Of a stretch of DNA of 64,000 nt, positions 1-20,185 are shown piece after piece. Each line of letters opens with the position of its first letter. The first letter of the stretch is position 1. The DNA is taken from positions 3,038,001 through 3,102,000 of the forward strand of contig OX597837.1 of NCBI GenBank assembly GCA_951406725.2, read 5' to 3'. The stretch is from Octopus vulgaris. Its lineage: Eukaryota. A program made the translations under genes and the position numbers. Below the pieces are notes generated by a model. The model was not told the origin of the DNA, ran no database searches, and was given only the letters and a program-made list of their open reading frames with translations.

Positions 1-283
1 AGCTGTTAACAATTGTCTTTGACGCTAAATCACATTGAGTGACCAAACGTTATAGACAAAAGGAGAAAACAAATGAACGTTGTTAGCTAGCTACCACATT
101 ACACTACACACTGTCTCTCTTCTTTTGTGTGTGTCTTGTGTGTGTATGTGTGTCTTGTGTGTCTTGCGTGTGAGTGTGTGTGCGCGCACAAACAAACATA
201 TATATATACAAATGTATGTGTATGTATATGTTTGTCTTCATTTATCTGATATATATGTGTATATACATACATATACATAATAC

Positions 284-350
<67 letters not shown>

Positions 351-497
351 CCACATACATACATACAGACACATATAAATACATGTATATATATATACAT
401 AAATACATACACACACATATATATATATACATACATACATTATATATATATATACATATTTATATATGTATACTTATGTATATATATATTTATATAC

Positions 498-598
<101 letters not shown>

Positions 599-693
599 GC
601 TTTTACATGCCGAAATCTACTTGGTGAAATTAATGATTATTCCAAATTAATTAATTTCACCCTATATATATATATATATATATATACACATAC

Positions 694-724
<31 letters not shown>

Positions 725-726
725 AC

Positions 727-774
<48 letters not shown>

Positions 775-805
775 GTTATATGTAGATACACTCACATATA
801 TACGT

Positions 806-853
<48 letters not shown>

Positions 854-1004
854 AAATAATCTCAAATAAAATAAAATAAATTAAGATATTTACTTTATTC
901 TATTTTATTGTGTTTTTTTTAATGTTTCATTCCACTTCATTTCCCTGGAATATCTGAAGACTTTATATAAATAAACTAAAGAATAATTCCTTCATTTCTT
1001 CTAA

Positions 1005-1096
<92 letters not shown>

Positions 1097-1098
<2 letters not shown>

Positions 1099-1506
1099 TA
1101 GGTTTACTTTTTATAGCGTGCTTTCACTTCACTACCGAGCACAGCTCTGTGTGCCTTGGGTATGTGCTGTGATTTGTTGTGATACTCTGATGGTTATTGT
1201 ATGGAAAGTGTTCTGCGTAGGATGTGTGCAGTGCCTAGTAGTGCAATTTTCTGTATGCTATATGTGTTTGTAAGTCCTGGTGTTTTTGTTATGTATTTGT
1301 CTGAATATTTTTTTATCATGCCTAATGCACCTACTATGATAGGAATTGTTTCTGTTTTCAGATTCCACATTCTAGTTACCTCTATTTCCAGGTCTTTGTA
1401 TTTTGAGAGTTTCTCCATTTCTTTTAGAGACACGTTGTCATCTGCCGGTATTGATACATCAATTAGAAAGCATTTTTTTCTTCATGATCTCTGACAACTA
1501 TATCTG

Positions 1507-1508
<2 letters not shown>
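1097..1508 (-). mobile_element. 5'-truncated R4/Dong-type non-LTR retrotransposon (restriction-like endonuclease C-terminus)
   Basis: PDIVVRDHEEKKCFLIDVSIPADDNVSLKEMEKLSKYKDL...IIVGALG... is the PD..D..K RLE motif. Flanked on both sides by (TAA)n (1008-1096, 1508-1557). Confidence 0.85.
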
Positions 1509-1556
<48 letters not shown>

Positions 1557-1557
<1 letters not shown>

Positions 1558-1800
1558 GTGAAGACGCATGGCTCAGAGGTTAGAGCGTAGAGGATACGAT
1601 CGTGAGGTTGTGAGTTCGATTCCCGGACCGGGCTGCGTGTTGTGTTCTTGAGCAAGACACTTTATTTCACGTTTCTCCAGTTAACCCAGCTGTAGAAATG
1701 AGTTGCGACATCACTGGTGCCAAGCTGTATCGGCTCCTTTGCCTTTCCCTTGGATAATATCAGTGGTAGGGAGAGGGGAAGCTGGCATGCATGGTCTCCC
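1557..1800 (+). mobile_element. tRNA-derived SINE family C
   Basis: A-box tggctcagaggttagagc and B-box gagttcgattccc, then tgtgttcttgagcaagacactttatttcac. Related pieces at 11487-11625 and 59590-59760. Confidence 0.75.
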
Positions 1801-1851
1801 ACTCAGCAATTATTATTATTATTATTATTGTTGTATATACTCACATATATT

Positions 1852-2590
1852 ATCAGCTTCAGATCAAAGCTGTGCCCATACTACGGCACCACCGTTTTCC
1901 TACACTGTTATTATTGAGAGCCTCTTTGATATGTGGAATTTGCTGAATAAGGGAGTTTGATGTCGTTACCCTCATTTAAGCTTTCTGCCGTGGGGTGAGT
2001 TCATCTGGGACTCTCGACAGGAAGTGATCCAGTTTTGGTTTGAAAACATCTACATCCACTCTGTGTTGGTCTCTCAGGCTCTTTGGACGGAAATTATAAA
2101 GCTGTGGGCCCTTGAAACTCAGGCTGTTGCAATAACTGGTCCTGAAGCGCGACGGTTTCGTTGGGATCTCTGGCACTGTGCAGGGGCGACCCGCTCTGGC
2201 ATTTATGTAGCTTTCAATGCCAAAATTTGGCACTACCCTTCCAGGATCTTCCAGATGTATATTACTGCATCTCTCTCCCGCCTTCATTCCCGCATTCATT
2301 CATTTCCCAGTAGCTGAGCTGTGGCAATGAAACGATCATCTTCGCTGGATTGCTTCAAGGTCCGCTGTTAATTTTATACTGTGGACATTGTTGAAAGCAA
2401 TAGTCAAGGCGGCTGAATGTCCTCCACAGGACCATCATGGTTTCCTTCTCTCCGGTTCTGAAGGATCTCAGGCTCCTGCCAGCCAGCCAACCACCTGCAC
2501 TTTCTCACCATTTTGGTAATGTGCACTTGGAAAGAGGTATCATCATTCATGTCCATACTGAGGTCCCGCACTGATTTTGGTTCTGTGATT
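1852..2590 (-). mobile_element. Degenerate 3' fragment of the same CR1/L2-group LINE family
   Basis: Translations EPKSVRDL...KCRWLAGW and NFGIESYINARAGR...SLSFKGPQL...LSRVPDE align with the C-terminus of ORF2 at 14053-17520. It also carries a diverged version of the 3' motif (ggtggtgccgtagtatgggcacagc). Confidence 0.85.
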
Positions 2591-2638
2591 GTATATGCGC
2601 ATATATACATACACACACAACACACATATACATCTCTC

Positions 2639-2702
<64 letters not shown>

Positions 2703-2778
2703 TTGAGTTGTGGGGTATCGCACGAGTGGGATTATATAAGAAAAAAGGTTTGAAAATGCAATTTAAAGATGTTTATTT

Positions 2779-2819
2779 ACTTAACCGGTTTCACTCTTTG
2801 GTAAAAGATTGTCAAAAGT
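2779..2819 (-). ncRNA. Minimal hammerhead-like motif, core UUGACAA
   Basis: Reverse complement ACTT-TTGACAA-TCTTT(TACC)AAAGA-GT-GAAAC-CG-GTT-AAGT; palindromic ACCGGT stem III. Confidence 0.5.
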
Positions 2820-2832
2820 TACATTTAAGGAA

Positions 2833-3015
2833 ACATTGAATAATATGGGTTCAAAAAAAGTTTTTTACATAATTGTCACATTGAATATTATGCATTCAAA
2901 AAAGTTTTTTACATAATTGTCACATTGGATATTATGGGTTCAAAAAAGTTTTTTACATAATTGTCACATTGGATATTATGAATTCAAAAATGTTTTTATA
3001 CATAATTGTCACATT
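2833..3015. repeat. Minisatellite, four units of about 44-45 bp
   Basis: acattg(a/g)ata(a/t)tatgg/cattcaaaaaagttttttacataattgtc repeated. Confidence 0.85.
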
Positions 3016-3373
3016 ATTTGGGAAAATTTGGCAGAAAAGGATAAAACAAATATATTATTGGGAATTGGTTGCGTTAATTATTGGTTGTCGCAAATTGTCA
3101 CATTACATGTATATATATACAATCTTTGGTATATATATACAGCGTTTTGACAGCAAAAATTAAAATGGATTTTTTGTACATCTCAGAATATTTTAAGTAT
3201 GTTTTTACTGACCTGTCAGTATTAGCAGAAAGGCTGAACTGAGAGAACAGAAGAAGTAGCCAATGTGGTGTATACTTCCCCTTTATGCATGAATGATTTT
3301 GGGGTTATCAGGAGGTTAGTATGCGGGTGTGAATAGATGTGTCCGTGCCTGCTGGTCAGACAGCGTCTGTTTG

Positions 3374-3580
3374 TCACACACATATATATACACACAAACA
3401 CACACACACACAACAACACACACACACACACACACATAGTATACAAACACACACCACATACAAACAACACACACACACACAGAACACACACACCCACACA
3501 CAACGCACCCACATATATCACATATACACACAGCACACAAATATAACATGTATCTATATATAACATACACAGATATATAA

Positions 3581-3633
<53 letters not shown>

Positions 3634-4320
3634 CACACGCACACATACATACATAATATAAATATCACACAAATACACCTAGCATATATATACACACATA
3701 CAATACACACATACAGCATGTAAGTAACATACATACACAATATATGCATGCAATATACATACGCAATACATACATATAATATATATATATATAGACAATG
3801 CATATACATATATACACATATACATATAAATAGTGTTTACATACACATACATAGATGTACCACATATACACACAACACACATACATACAATGCATACACA
3901 TACACGTACGCATACATATAATATATATATACACACACACACACATAACATACATACACACACAATGCATACATATATATACACGCAATGCATATACATG
4001 TATTCATGCACATATAGCACACCTACAATATACATATATACAGTGCACACATACACACAAATATATACATAATTGTACATACATATACAATACACATACA
4101 TACAATATACATATACACAATGCGCATGCAAATAATGTACATGTTTATACACACATAAACATGCAAATAAATATACACACACACACATACACACACACAC
4201 ATATATATACACACATATATATATATATATATATACACACATACATACATACATACATGCACATACATATATTTTTTCACACACATATATATATATAAAA
4301 AATTCACCCCCCCCACACAC
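3374..4320. repeat. Degenerate (CA)/(TA) low-complexity tract
   Basis: Direct reading; source of many spurious ORFs. Confidence 0.9.
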
Positions 4321-4523
4321 AAATTGAACGTAATCTAAAGGGTTGTAAGCGGATCTCAGTTGAATGCCGTAAATGCATTTCAGTTTGAGAACGGACGCAC
4401 AGCGTGTCTCCGTTTACTCGTCGTTCTTAATGTTCGAAAATATCATATTTGAACAAAATTAATGCGTGTGTGGGTCGAAATCTTCAGGAAATTTAAGCAA
4501 AAGCAAGGTGTAATCTTCCTCGA

Positions 4524-4643
4524 ACAACAACAACAACAACAACAACGACGACGACAACAACAACAACAACAACAACAACGACGACGACGACGACGACAAC
4601 CACCACCACCACCACCACCACCACCACCGCAACAACAACAACA
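4524..4643. repeat. Compound trinucleotide microsatellite (CAA/CGA/CCA)
   Basis: Direct reading. Confidence 0.9.
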
Positions 4644-4757
4644 AGAATAAAAACATGTCGTTTTATTAGAATTACTGAGTTTTATGAAAAAGCCATTATT
4701 TCACTTTTAATAGGAGCACTTTCAGATGTCCAATGTGCCAAAATGATAAAAATAGAA

Positions 4758-4837
<80 letters not shown>

Positions 4838-5302
4838 GAATGAAATTTTGTCACTTTCCTTTCACATTTTCCAATTTAAAATGCTACTAACATCAAATAA
4901 ATACATTGAATATCAAATAATTTTGACATTTTATATTTACTTTATTGTTAGCGAGTTTAAATTGAAACAATTAATCGCGCCGTTAGGAAAGAAATGCGGA
5001 CGAAACAAAGGAAAGAGGAAAACTAAAAATGGCCGTCATTTCATAGATGATGCGTTCACTTTCACTTTCATCTTATTTTCGTTTTGTTTTGTAATAACTT
5101 GCCGATTAAATCGATGTGTTTGATTGATTATAATCAATGGTCGCAATCGATGATATTGCAATTGCGTCGAACTCGATGTCATCGAAAGAGATCTGATCGA
5201 TCAGGCCTCTGATCTACGTGGTTGCTCGATGTACTTTTGGAAGTTTTAGAAACTTTTAAACAGGCTCTTTTGCACACATACACACACACATACACATACA
5301 CG

Positions 5303-5361
<59 letters not shown>

Positions 5362-5941
5362 GCACATGAATATGCATACACACGCGCGCGCACACACCAC
5401 AGATATACATACACACAGCTTAAAGGCTGTAGGATGTGTGAGGAAAAATCTCCAGACAATGGACATAAAATACGATCAATAATAAACAAGTTAAGAACGA
5501 CTATACGACAAGAAAAAAATGGCCATCCCGAAATATAACAATATATATAGATCGCTAGCCATGATAGATCGCTAGCTACTACACATTACTCTTTACTCTT
5601 TTACTTGTTTCAGTCATTTGACTGCGGCCATGCTGGGGCACCGCCTTTAATCGAGCAACTCGACCTCGGAACTATTTCTTTTTGTAAGCCCAGTACTTAT
5701 TCTATCGGTCTCTTTTGCCGAACCGCTAAGTTACGGGGAAATAAACACACCAGCATCGTCTGTCAAGCAATGCTAGGGTGACAACGATAAATTAAATACC
5801 AGTTGCGTACAGGGATAGTAATTTACATGGTAATACAGGTTAAGAATGGTGGTTCATCAGATCATGGAATATCAAGATAACGTTTTATATGGAAGGGTGA
5901 GCAAAAGTTAATAAGATATTAAAAAGTAATGTATGTGTGTG

Positions 5942-6018
<77 letters not shown>

Positions 6019-6280
6019 TCGCACATGAATATGCATACACACGCGCGCGCACACACCACAGATATACATACACACAGCTTAAAGGCTGTAGGATGTGTGA
6101 GGAAAAATCTCCAGACAATGGACATAAAATACAATCAATAATAAACAAGTTAAGAACGACTATATAGTGCATGTATTTATTTGACAAGAAAAAAATGGCC
6201 ATCCCGAAATATAGCAATATATATAGATCGCTAGCCATGATAGATCGCTAGCAATGATAGATCGCTAGCTACTACACATT

Positions 6281-6684
6281 ACTCTTTACTCTTTTACTTG
6301 TTTCAGTCATTTGACTGCAGCCATGCTGGAGCACCCCTTTACTCGAGCAACTCGACCTCGGAACTATTTCTTTTTGTAAGCCCAGTACTTATTCTATCGG
6401 TCTCTTTTGCCGAACCGCTAAGTTACGGGGACATAAACACACCAGCATCGTCTGTCAAGCAATGCTAGGGTGACAAAAACAGACACACAAACATACACAC
6501 ACACATAGGTATATATACATATATACGACGGGCTTCTTTTCAGTTTCCGTCTACCACATTCACTCACAAGGCTTTGGTCGGCCCGAGGCAATAGTAGAAG
6601 ACACTTGCCCAAGGTGCCACGCAGTGGGACTGAACCCGGAACCATGTGGTTGGTAAACAAGCTACTTACCACACAGCCACTCCT
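6281..6684 (-). mobile_element. tRNA-derived SINE family A (full copy)
   Basis: Head with A/B-box-like motifs (tggctgtgtggtaag...gggttcagtcccac), internal (TG)n, and tail ggtgctccagcatggctgcagtcaaatgactgaaacaagtaaaagagtaaagag. Many copies in the window. Confidence 0.85.
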
Positions 6685-6934
6685 TTTATTTTCTCTTCTT
6701 GTTCCTTTCTGTGGAAAAGCGTAGGCCTAAATGTGTAACTCGGAGTAGCCAGAGACTAACTCGAACAAAATAATATAAAGTCAAGAAATATGAACTGAAT
6801 ACGTTTATTTTACCAGTTGATATTCATAAGATTTTGATCGTTTCGCAGCCAACAACATGAAAAAATAATTTATTTTAGTGAGTAATAAATCATTTTACAT
6901 GTCTGTATTAGTGTATATATTATAAATTATAAAG

Positions 6935-7296
6935 TACGCCGGGCAGCGGTGTTTCGTCTGCCGTTACGTCCTGAGTTCAAATTCCGCCGAGGTCAACTTT
7001 GCCTTTTATCCTTTCGGGGTCGATAAATTAAGTACCAGTTACGCACTGGGGTCGATGTAATCGACTTAATCCATTTGTCTGTCCTTGTTTGTCTCCTCTG
7101 TGTTTAGCCCCCTGTGGGTAGTAAAGAAATAGGTATTTCGTCTGCCGTTACGTTGTGAGTTCAAATTCCGCCGAGGTCGACTTTGCCTTTCATCCTTTCG
7201 GGGTCGATAAATTAAATACCAGTTGCGTACAGGGATAGATCTAATCGACTGATCCCTTCCCCCAAAATTTCGGGCCTTGTGCCTAGAGTAGAAAAG
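6935..7296 (+). mobile_element. SINE family B (internally dimeric copy)
   Basis: Two successive units of gagttcaaattccgccgaggtc(a/g)actttgccttt(t/c)atcctttcggggtcgataaattaa(g/a)taccagtt; B-box GAGTTCAAATTCC. Confidence 0.8.
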
Positions 7297-7522
7297 TATA
7301 AATTATATTGTACAATTTACATGGTAATACAGGTTAAGAATGGTGGTTCATCAGATCATGGAATATCAAGATAACATCCATTCTTCAATTCAATATATAC
7401 ATACAAAGGCAAACAGTCAACTTGGAAATATTAATGTATGGAAGACAATGATTAATAAAGCAGTTTTGTATGGAAGGGTGAGCAAAAGTTAATAAGATAT
7501 TAAAAAGTAATGTATGTGTGTG

Positions 7523-7633
<111 letters not shown>

Positions 7634-8704
7634 GTATGTTTGTATGTGTTCTATTTGATGTATTTTAGGAATATTTTATAAGCCCATTTCCAAAGGTATT
7701 TTAATTTCCGTTAATATTTGATGCATATATTTTATTTTATATTGTATTATAATGAAATGTCTAGGAATTCTTTTCAATATACCAATATCATTATAAAATA
7801 ATCCTTATTTTATTTTATTCTATATCCTTATTTATATCACTTCTATACCTTTTATATCATTCTGTAAAAGATATTATAAATTTTAAAATTTTATATCATT
7901 AAATATTTATGTATTTATAGACCCTCTTATACATTTGTATAGCCTTTATAGGTTATAAATGGTTTGGCAGTTTATAATTTCTTTACATAAAACTCACTGT
8001 ATAATATACTATATTTTTATATTTTTAATTAATTATTATATTTTATAAATTTTCACATTTTACATTTTATATTTGTATACATCTATATATCCTTTTATAT
8101 ACTTTCACTATTATTAAAAAAATTCTGACAATTCATAAGGTTTCTTTTTATATAATTCACTGGATATGTGAATTCTTATTTTATTATATTTTTTAATCAC
8201 GCAGTATATTCATTAAGTGTTTATATGCCCAAATTTGTTTAAATATTGTATCCAAACGTACTGCGTCATGCATTTGAAATATCTCTAATTTAATTACCCC
8301 GTTTACTGGATACCATTTCTTACAATCTCTTATATTTATCCACCCGTAATGAAGTGAAAAGTTCCTATATTAGTTTAACGTATACGATACATTCCTATTC
8401 GTATGATAATTTAATTTCGTTAGACTTTCATTATAAAATATCTTTACCGTGATCTTCTATACACTGTGTTTATGAAAAATCTTAATATATCTTCTCTTAT
8501 ATATTAAAGTATCCCATTATTAAGTTTTAGATTTAATTTCTAACCTTCTATATATTGATTTAAATTTTCTTGCGTTAACATTACAAATTTACTAAGTTAT
8601 AATATACTAGGAGAGTTTACGAAAAAAACAACAACAAAAGACGAAGACAGGTGGTGTACAAAACAAAACAGATGTATTAGTATAACGCTCAGGGATAGAA
8701 AAAG

Positions 8705-8742
8705 TCTTTTACTTTTCGAGCCTACGCTCTTCTACAGAAAGG
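8705..8742 (-). ncRNA. Minimal hammerhead-like motif, core CUGUAGA (stem III mutated)
   Basis: Reverse complement CCTTT-CTGTAGA-A-GAGC(GTAG)GCTC-GAAAA-GTA-AAAGA. Confidence 0.5.
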
Positions 8743-9296
8743 GACACAGAAAAAACAAGGAGAGAAAAAAATGTGTGTAGTGGCTACCTCCCTTATTCTC
8801 TAATTCTAAATTTCACTCCTAAATTTTATATTACTTATTCCTTTGGATTTTCCTGATATTCCCCTTTAATATGAGAATCAAAATAAGTGTTGGCCCTTCC
8901 TATCCTCCTTTCTTTCAGTTATCATCCCTTCCCATCAGGCATTCCCTTAACATTACCCTACGCCCTATCCTTTTGTGTAGATAAAGCTAAATATATGGTT
9001 CCAATACATTAAGACTATAGCAGATTGTCTGACATTAACTGATTTATCTCCATTTACAAGAATACAGTTGACAATGAATTTGATTCTAAATGGTTCTACA
9101 TCCTTCATATTGTAACTAACTAGGTCACCACTCTTTTTATCCTGTCCCTCACTATTTCCTCTGCTACTCTCCAAACTTATAGCAGACGTGACAAGGTATG
9201 CATTACTTTCTAAACTCATTCTGCCAGAGATACGACAACAGAAACAATGAATATGTTAAAGCAGCAGTTGTATCCTTTATGTTTGAAGTCTATGAG

Positions 9297-9381
9297 GTCA
9301 TCTGACGAGAACGGTTTATTTCAAATGATGGAATGTTTTCATTAATCAGTTAAAGGAGTCGCTTGAAACGACCGTAAAGAA
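9297..9381 (+). ncRNA. Degenerate minimal hammerhead ribozyme (canonical core)
   Basis: TCAT-CTGACGA-(long imperfect stem II)-GAAAC-GACC-GTA-AAGA; near-palindromic stem III ACGACCGT. Confidence 0.55.
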
Positions 9382-11089
9382 TTGACACCTGTGTATCTTT
9401 GTTACTCATATTTTATTCCCCTACCTTGGAATCTGCACTTCGGAAATACTATAGAAAGTACCATTATATAAAGTACATGTCTGAACTACTAAGAGCGGAT
9501 ATCTTCACTCAGCTAGGTTGCGTTGTTTGCACGCACGGCAAGAATATCAGGTGCAAGCACTCCTGCACAGAGTTTTGATATTCAATATTCAGTTAATATT
9601 GTTTGGGTGTGCGGACTATACCGACCAAATCAGGTACCTCAATTTAAGTACCTAATTCAACGGAATCTTATATATAATTGGTACCAATTATATACGCTTT
9701 TATTATTTTTTTGCAATTTACTTAATCATTGAAATTTTATTGTTATTTTAATTTTAATATTTCTAATATATATATATATATTATATATATATATATGTTT
9801 GAACTTTATATGTTTGAACTATATATGTATATGTGTGTATAGTTCAAATTTACACACACACACACATATATATATATATGTGCGTGTGTGTGTTTGTGTT
9901 TATCCCCACCACTGCTTAACATCCGGTGTTAGCGTGTTTACGTTCTCGTAACTTATCGGTTCGGCAAAAGAGACCGATAGAATAAGCACCGAGCTTTTAA
10001 AAAAGTACTGGCGTCGATTTATTCTTCAAGGCGGTGCCTCTGTATGGCGGCAGTTTAAAATTATCGAAACAAGTAAAAAAAATAAAATCTCTTTGGTCTT
10101 AGAATGCCGTTCAGTGGAATCGAACCTGAGTTTGCGAAGTTGCGAAACGTCCTTTTTAACCATGTAGCCATGGTTGTCGGGAAGTCACCTAACTACATAA
10201 TTTCATTGGAATGCATTAACCAATGGAAACATTATATCAAGAAATAAAAGCGTGAAAAATGATTTCTCTGGTGAAGAAACAAAAGACAAAAAAAGCAAAA
10301 ACAAAAACAAAAAGAAATAAAAAACGTTGCGTTTCAATTAGCATAATTTTAATTAAACAATAATTTACTCCCTCTCTTCTTACTAAATAACAAAAAACAA
10401 TAATAAAAATGAAACGTGACGAAATTATGACAGAAAATAAAATGACAAAAAAAAAACGGAATAAAGGAAATATTTTGGGGGAAAATATATAAAAAAGAAA
10501 TGAAAATTGAGAATAAAAACCGAGGAAAAAATATTTCTTAAAAAATTTTTTTTATAAAAAAAATAATTTTCATAAATGTAAACAAATGAGCTTAACAGGA
10601 AATAACTACAAAATGCCTCAAGGTGATTGATCATCGATCATTGATCGGTGATCAGTGAGGAGAAGATAATATTAATTCCGGGTTATTATTCTGGTTTTTG
10701 GGAAAATTGAATAAGACAAAATAAAAAAACAAAACAAAGAAAAACGCAAAAAACTTTAAAAAAACAAAAAAAGAAACAAAAACAACAAAAAATTCTGTTA
10801 GTTTGAATACCTCAAGACATGTTCACTCGTTGTTTGAACCAACGAAAGTACGTTTATTGTGGTCAATTACCTTGCTAGAAATAACAACCAAATTCCTATC
10901 AAATCACATATTACTGGCTTATAAGCGGAATGTCAAAATGATTCTCGGTGTACAAGATTTCATGAATAATACATTTGGTGATAGATCAGCGGAACATAAT
11001 ACACTGGATAACGTAGACCTTGCTGGCTGTGTGATAAGTAGCTTGCTTCCCAACCACATGGTTCCAGATTATATATAATATAATATAAT

Positions 11090-11403
11090 CACCATGATCA
11101 TCACCGTGGCCGACCAGACTATCAGATGTTGCTACACATCGCTGGTCACAATGCGCTTCACATAGTTTTAGCCTTCGAATGACGCCACCCCGCTGGCTAA
11201 GCGAGCAGGCCAACAGAAGAAAGAGTGAGAGCAAGTTGCGGCGAAAGAGTACAGCAGGGATCGCCACCATCCTCTGCCGGAGCCTCGTGGAGCTTTAGGT
11301 GCTTTCGCTCAATAAACACTCACAAGGCCCGGTCTGGGAATCGAAACCGTGATCTTACAACCGCGAGTCCGCTGCCCTAACCAATGGGCCATTGCGCCTC
11401 CAC
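11090..11403 (-). mobile_element. tRNA-derived SINE (distinct family)
   Basis: Head ggaggcgcaatggcccattggttagggcagcggactcgcgg...ggtttcgattcccagacc, followed by about 230 bp of non-tRNA body. Confidence 0.7.
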
Positions 11404-11449
11404 ATAATAATATAATATAATATAATATAATATAATATAATATAATATA

Positions 11450-11480
<31 letters not shown>

Positions 11481-11625
11481 ATATTAAGACCCCCTTCGGT
11501 CATGAATGACCATGGGATTGCACCTAGAAAGTTACCCTCCTAGACACAAGTCCGGGCAAGGTTGTTTATGGAAGGCCAGCAGTCGCCCATGCATACCAGC
11601 CTCCCCTCTCCACGCCACCAGTGTT

Positions 11626-11725
11626 NNNNNNNNNNNNNNNNNNNNNNNNNNNNNNNNNNNNNNNNNNNNNNNNNNNNNNNNNNNNNNNNNNNNNNNNNNN
11701 NNNNNNNNNNNNNNNNNNNNNNNNN
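11626..11725. other. Assembly gap (100 N)
   Basis: Run of 100 n characters. Confidence 1.
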
Positions 11726-14052
11726 ATATATACTTCCGGCTTTCGTAGAGTAAACACGTGTTGTCTCTCTCTGCGATAAAAAACAAGAAGGGCTGCATAA
11801 ATTCGACGAAATAACTTGGCAAATCACTCACAAAACGTGGAAATTGTTACTTTATAGACGCGTACCTGGATATTTGCTTAAAAATCGCAATATATTTCTG
11901 CCACAAGTCAAGTTTTGACACAAAGATCTCTTTCGAGCGATACGCACGTGGAATCTCCTAATTTTATTTCCAGACGATAAGTACCCAAATTCCTGTATAT
12001 ATCCTCGCAAAAACGTATCACAAATTCTTGTTACTGTCAATTTCGTTAAATCTATTATCTATAAATTACCTGTTACTCTGTTTATATATGTATGTGCGTA
12101 TGTGTGTGTGTGTTAGTATATACGTGCATGTGTGTGTGTGTGTTAGTAGTAGAATCGTTTATATCCTTGCAAAAACGTATCACAAATTCTTGTTACTGTT
12201 AATTTCGTTAAATCTATTATCTATAAATTACCTGTTACTCTGTTTATATATGTATGTGTGCGCATATATCTATATATACGTGCATGTGTGTTAGTAGTAG
12301 AATCGTATTGTAGTTTATCTTAAGAGACATTAGTTTATCTTAAAATAAATATATATTGCCATTTCTTGGCGTGTTTTCTTTCAGCTGTTTTAATTATTAT
12401 TAAAGGTATAGTCGCAATTAGTTATAGTTTTGTTATAGAAGAATTTGTCTGTTGCGGCGGACAAATGTATTATTACACTATTTTATTATCTATTATTATT
12501 ATCACTTGTTAAATATATGTGTGTGTGTTATATATATATATGTGCGTATGTATATACTACATATATATATATAAACTCTGTAAAACCTCCTGGCCTGTTT
12601 TTTTCTTTCTTTCTTTTCTTTTCTTTCAGCTGTTTTATTTTATTTTATTTTTCATTTTTATTATTATTATTGTCTTATAATCTCTTACTATTATTACTTT
12701 GTAATATATGTTTATATATGTTTTGTAATATATGCCTATATATGTTTCATTATTATTATTGTCTCTTTATGTACTCACTTGTTACTCTTGTCTATATATG
12801 TGCATGTGCACACGTGTGTACATGTGTGTGTGTGTGTGTATACATATGTATGTCCCAATAGCTTCGTTTAGAATTCTATCTGTCTCTCCAGTTCTCTCCC
12901 TTGCGCCCCTCCTTGGCCCAATAGCTTCGTTTAGATCTCTCTGTCTGTCTCTTCGGTTCTCTCCCTTTGCGCTTTCTCTGTCTATCTCAGCTCTCCTCTA
13001 GAGGCTTTCTCTATCTTCCTTCAGCACTCAGTATCTCCTCTTCCTCTACTCTCTTGCTCTCTTCTCTTGGCTCCCAATCTCTCCTTAAGTGCACGGACGC
13101 TCTCTTTCTCTATTACCCCCTACCCCCCTATTGCACTATTGGATTAATATAACTTAATATAACTAGATAGATAGATAGATAGACAAAATATCTCTCCTCT
13201 TCCTCTTCTCTCCTGCTCTCTTCTCTTGGCTCCCAATCTCTCCTTAAGTACATAGACGCTCTCTTTCTCTAGGATTAATATTACTTAACATAATTAGATA
13301 GATAGATAATATATCAAGAATGTCCAGAGCTTGGAAACGTGATGAACTGGTGTGGTTCCTGCGAGGATGGCAATGCGCTGACGGAGAAAGTCCAAGTAAC
13401 ATAATTGCGGCAGCACTAAAGAACAAAGGATTCAAAAGGACATCAGCACAAATAGAGCGGAAGAGGCAAGAGTTCGTACGCTCATACGCACTTGTCAGAT
13501 CGCACATAAACACACTGGATGCCATTTTTAACAGCGAAAAACGCGAACAAAGTAAAGATGGCAAGGATGGAGACGTGGGCGCAGATGAGGAGGGTCACCC
13601 CCACCTGGTGGACGCCCAGGAAGAAAACTCCAACGATAGGCCTGCCCGGGAGGTGAACCCAGGTACGGATGCTCCTACCGGCTCCAAAAGCCGTGGACAT
13701 GGAGATGAAGAGGCCAAAAAAGAGGAAAAACTGAAGCTAAAACTCAGACAAAGCCAAGGGACAAGGCAGCCAGGGACAGAGGCAAACCTAACGGTCCATA
13801 TGCCAAAAAGGATGGAAACAAGCAGCGCACACGGGTATGTAGGTTCTACCTGAAAGGTGCCTGCCGGCATGGAGAGGAAGGTGCAGGCTGCCGCTTTGCA
13901 CATCCGGGACCCTGCCACAGAAACCAACCACCGAAAGGAAATGGGATGGACCAGGCATCACCTGCCCCAAAACGGAGGTACGCAGATGTGGTGCGTACCA
14001 CAAACCACCAACGTGTTGTTGAAAGGGCAGCTGCTGAGCAGGAATCTTTTTT

Positions 14053-20185
<6,133 letters not shown>

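Noticed and set aside
13-60. Hammerhead-like remnant (ttgtct-ttgacgc...aaacgtt-atagacaa)
   Set aside because: Both core segments are mutated; too degenerate to support.
1560-1635. tRNA gene-like sequences (also about 10110-10175 and 11330-11403)
   Set aside because: A/B boxes are present but they continue into SINE bodies and lack a complete acceptor stem; these are SINE heads.
2833-3015. CRISPR-like appearance of regularly spaced repeats
   Set aside because: Units are contiguous tandem copies without unique spacers; eukaryotic context; no cas genes.
4462-4650. PolyQ/polyR/polyP ORF
   Set aside because: Compound trinucleotide microsatellite with no flanking domain or convincing splice context.
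5290-5945. Processed (spliced) retrocopy explanation for the shortened duplicate
   Set aside because: Missing segments have no GT-AG or CT-AC ends.
13709-13735. Programmed -1 ribosomal frameshift in LINE ORF1
   Set aside because: No in-frame canonical X XXY YYZ slippery heptamer; a homopolymer indel or sequencing error is simpler.
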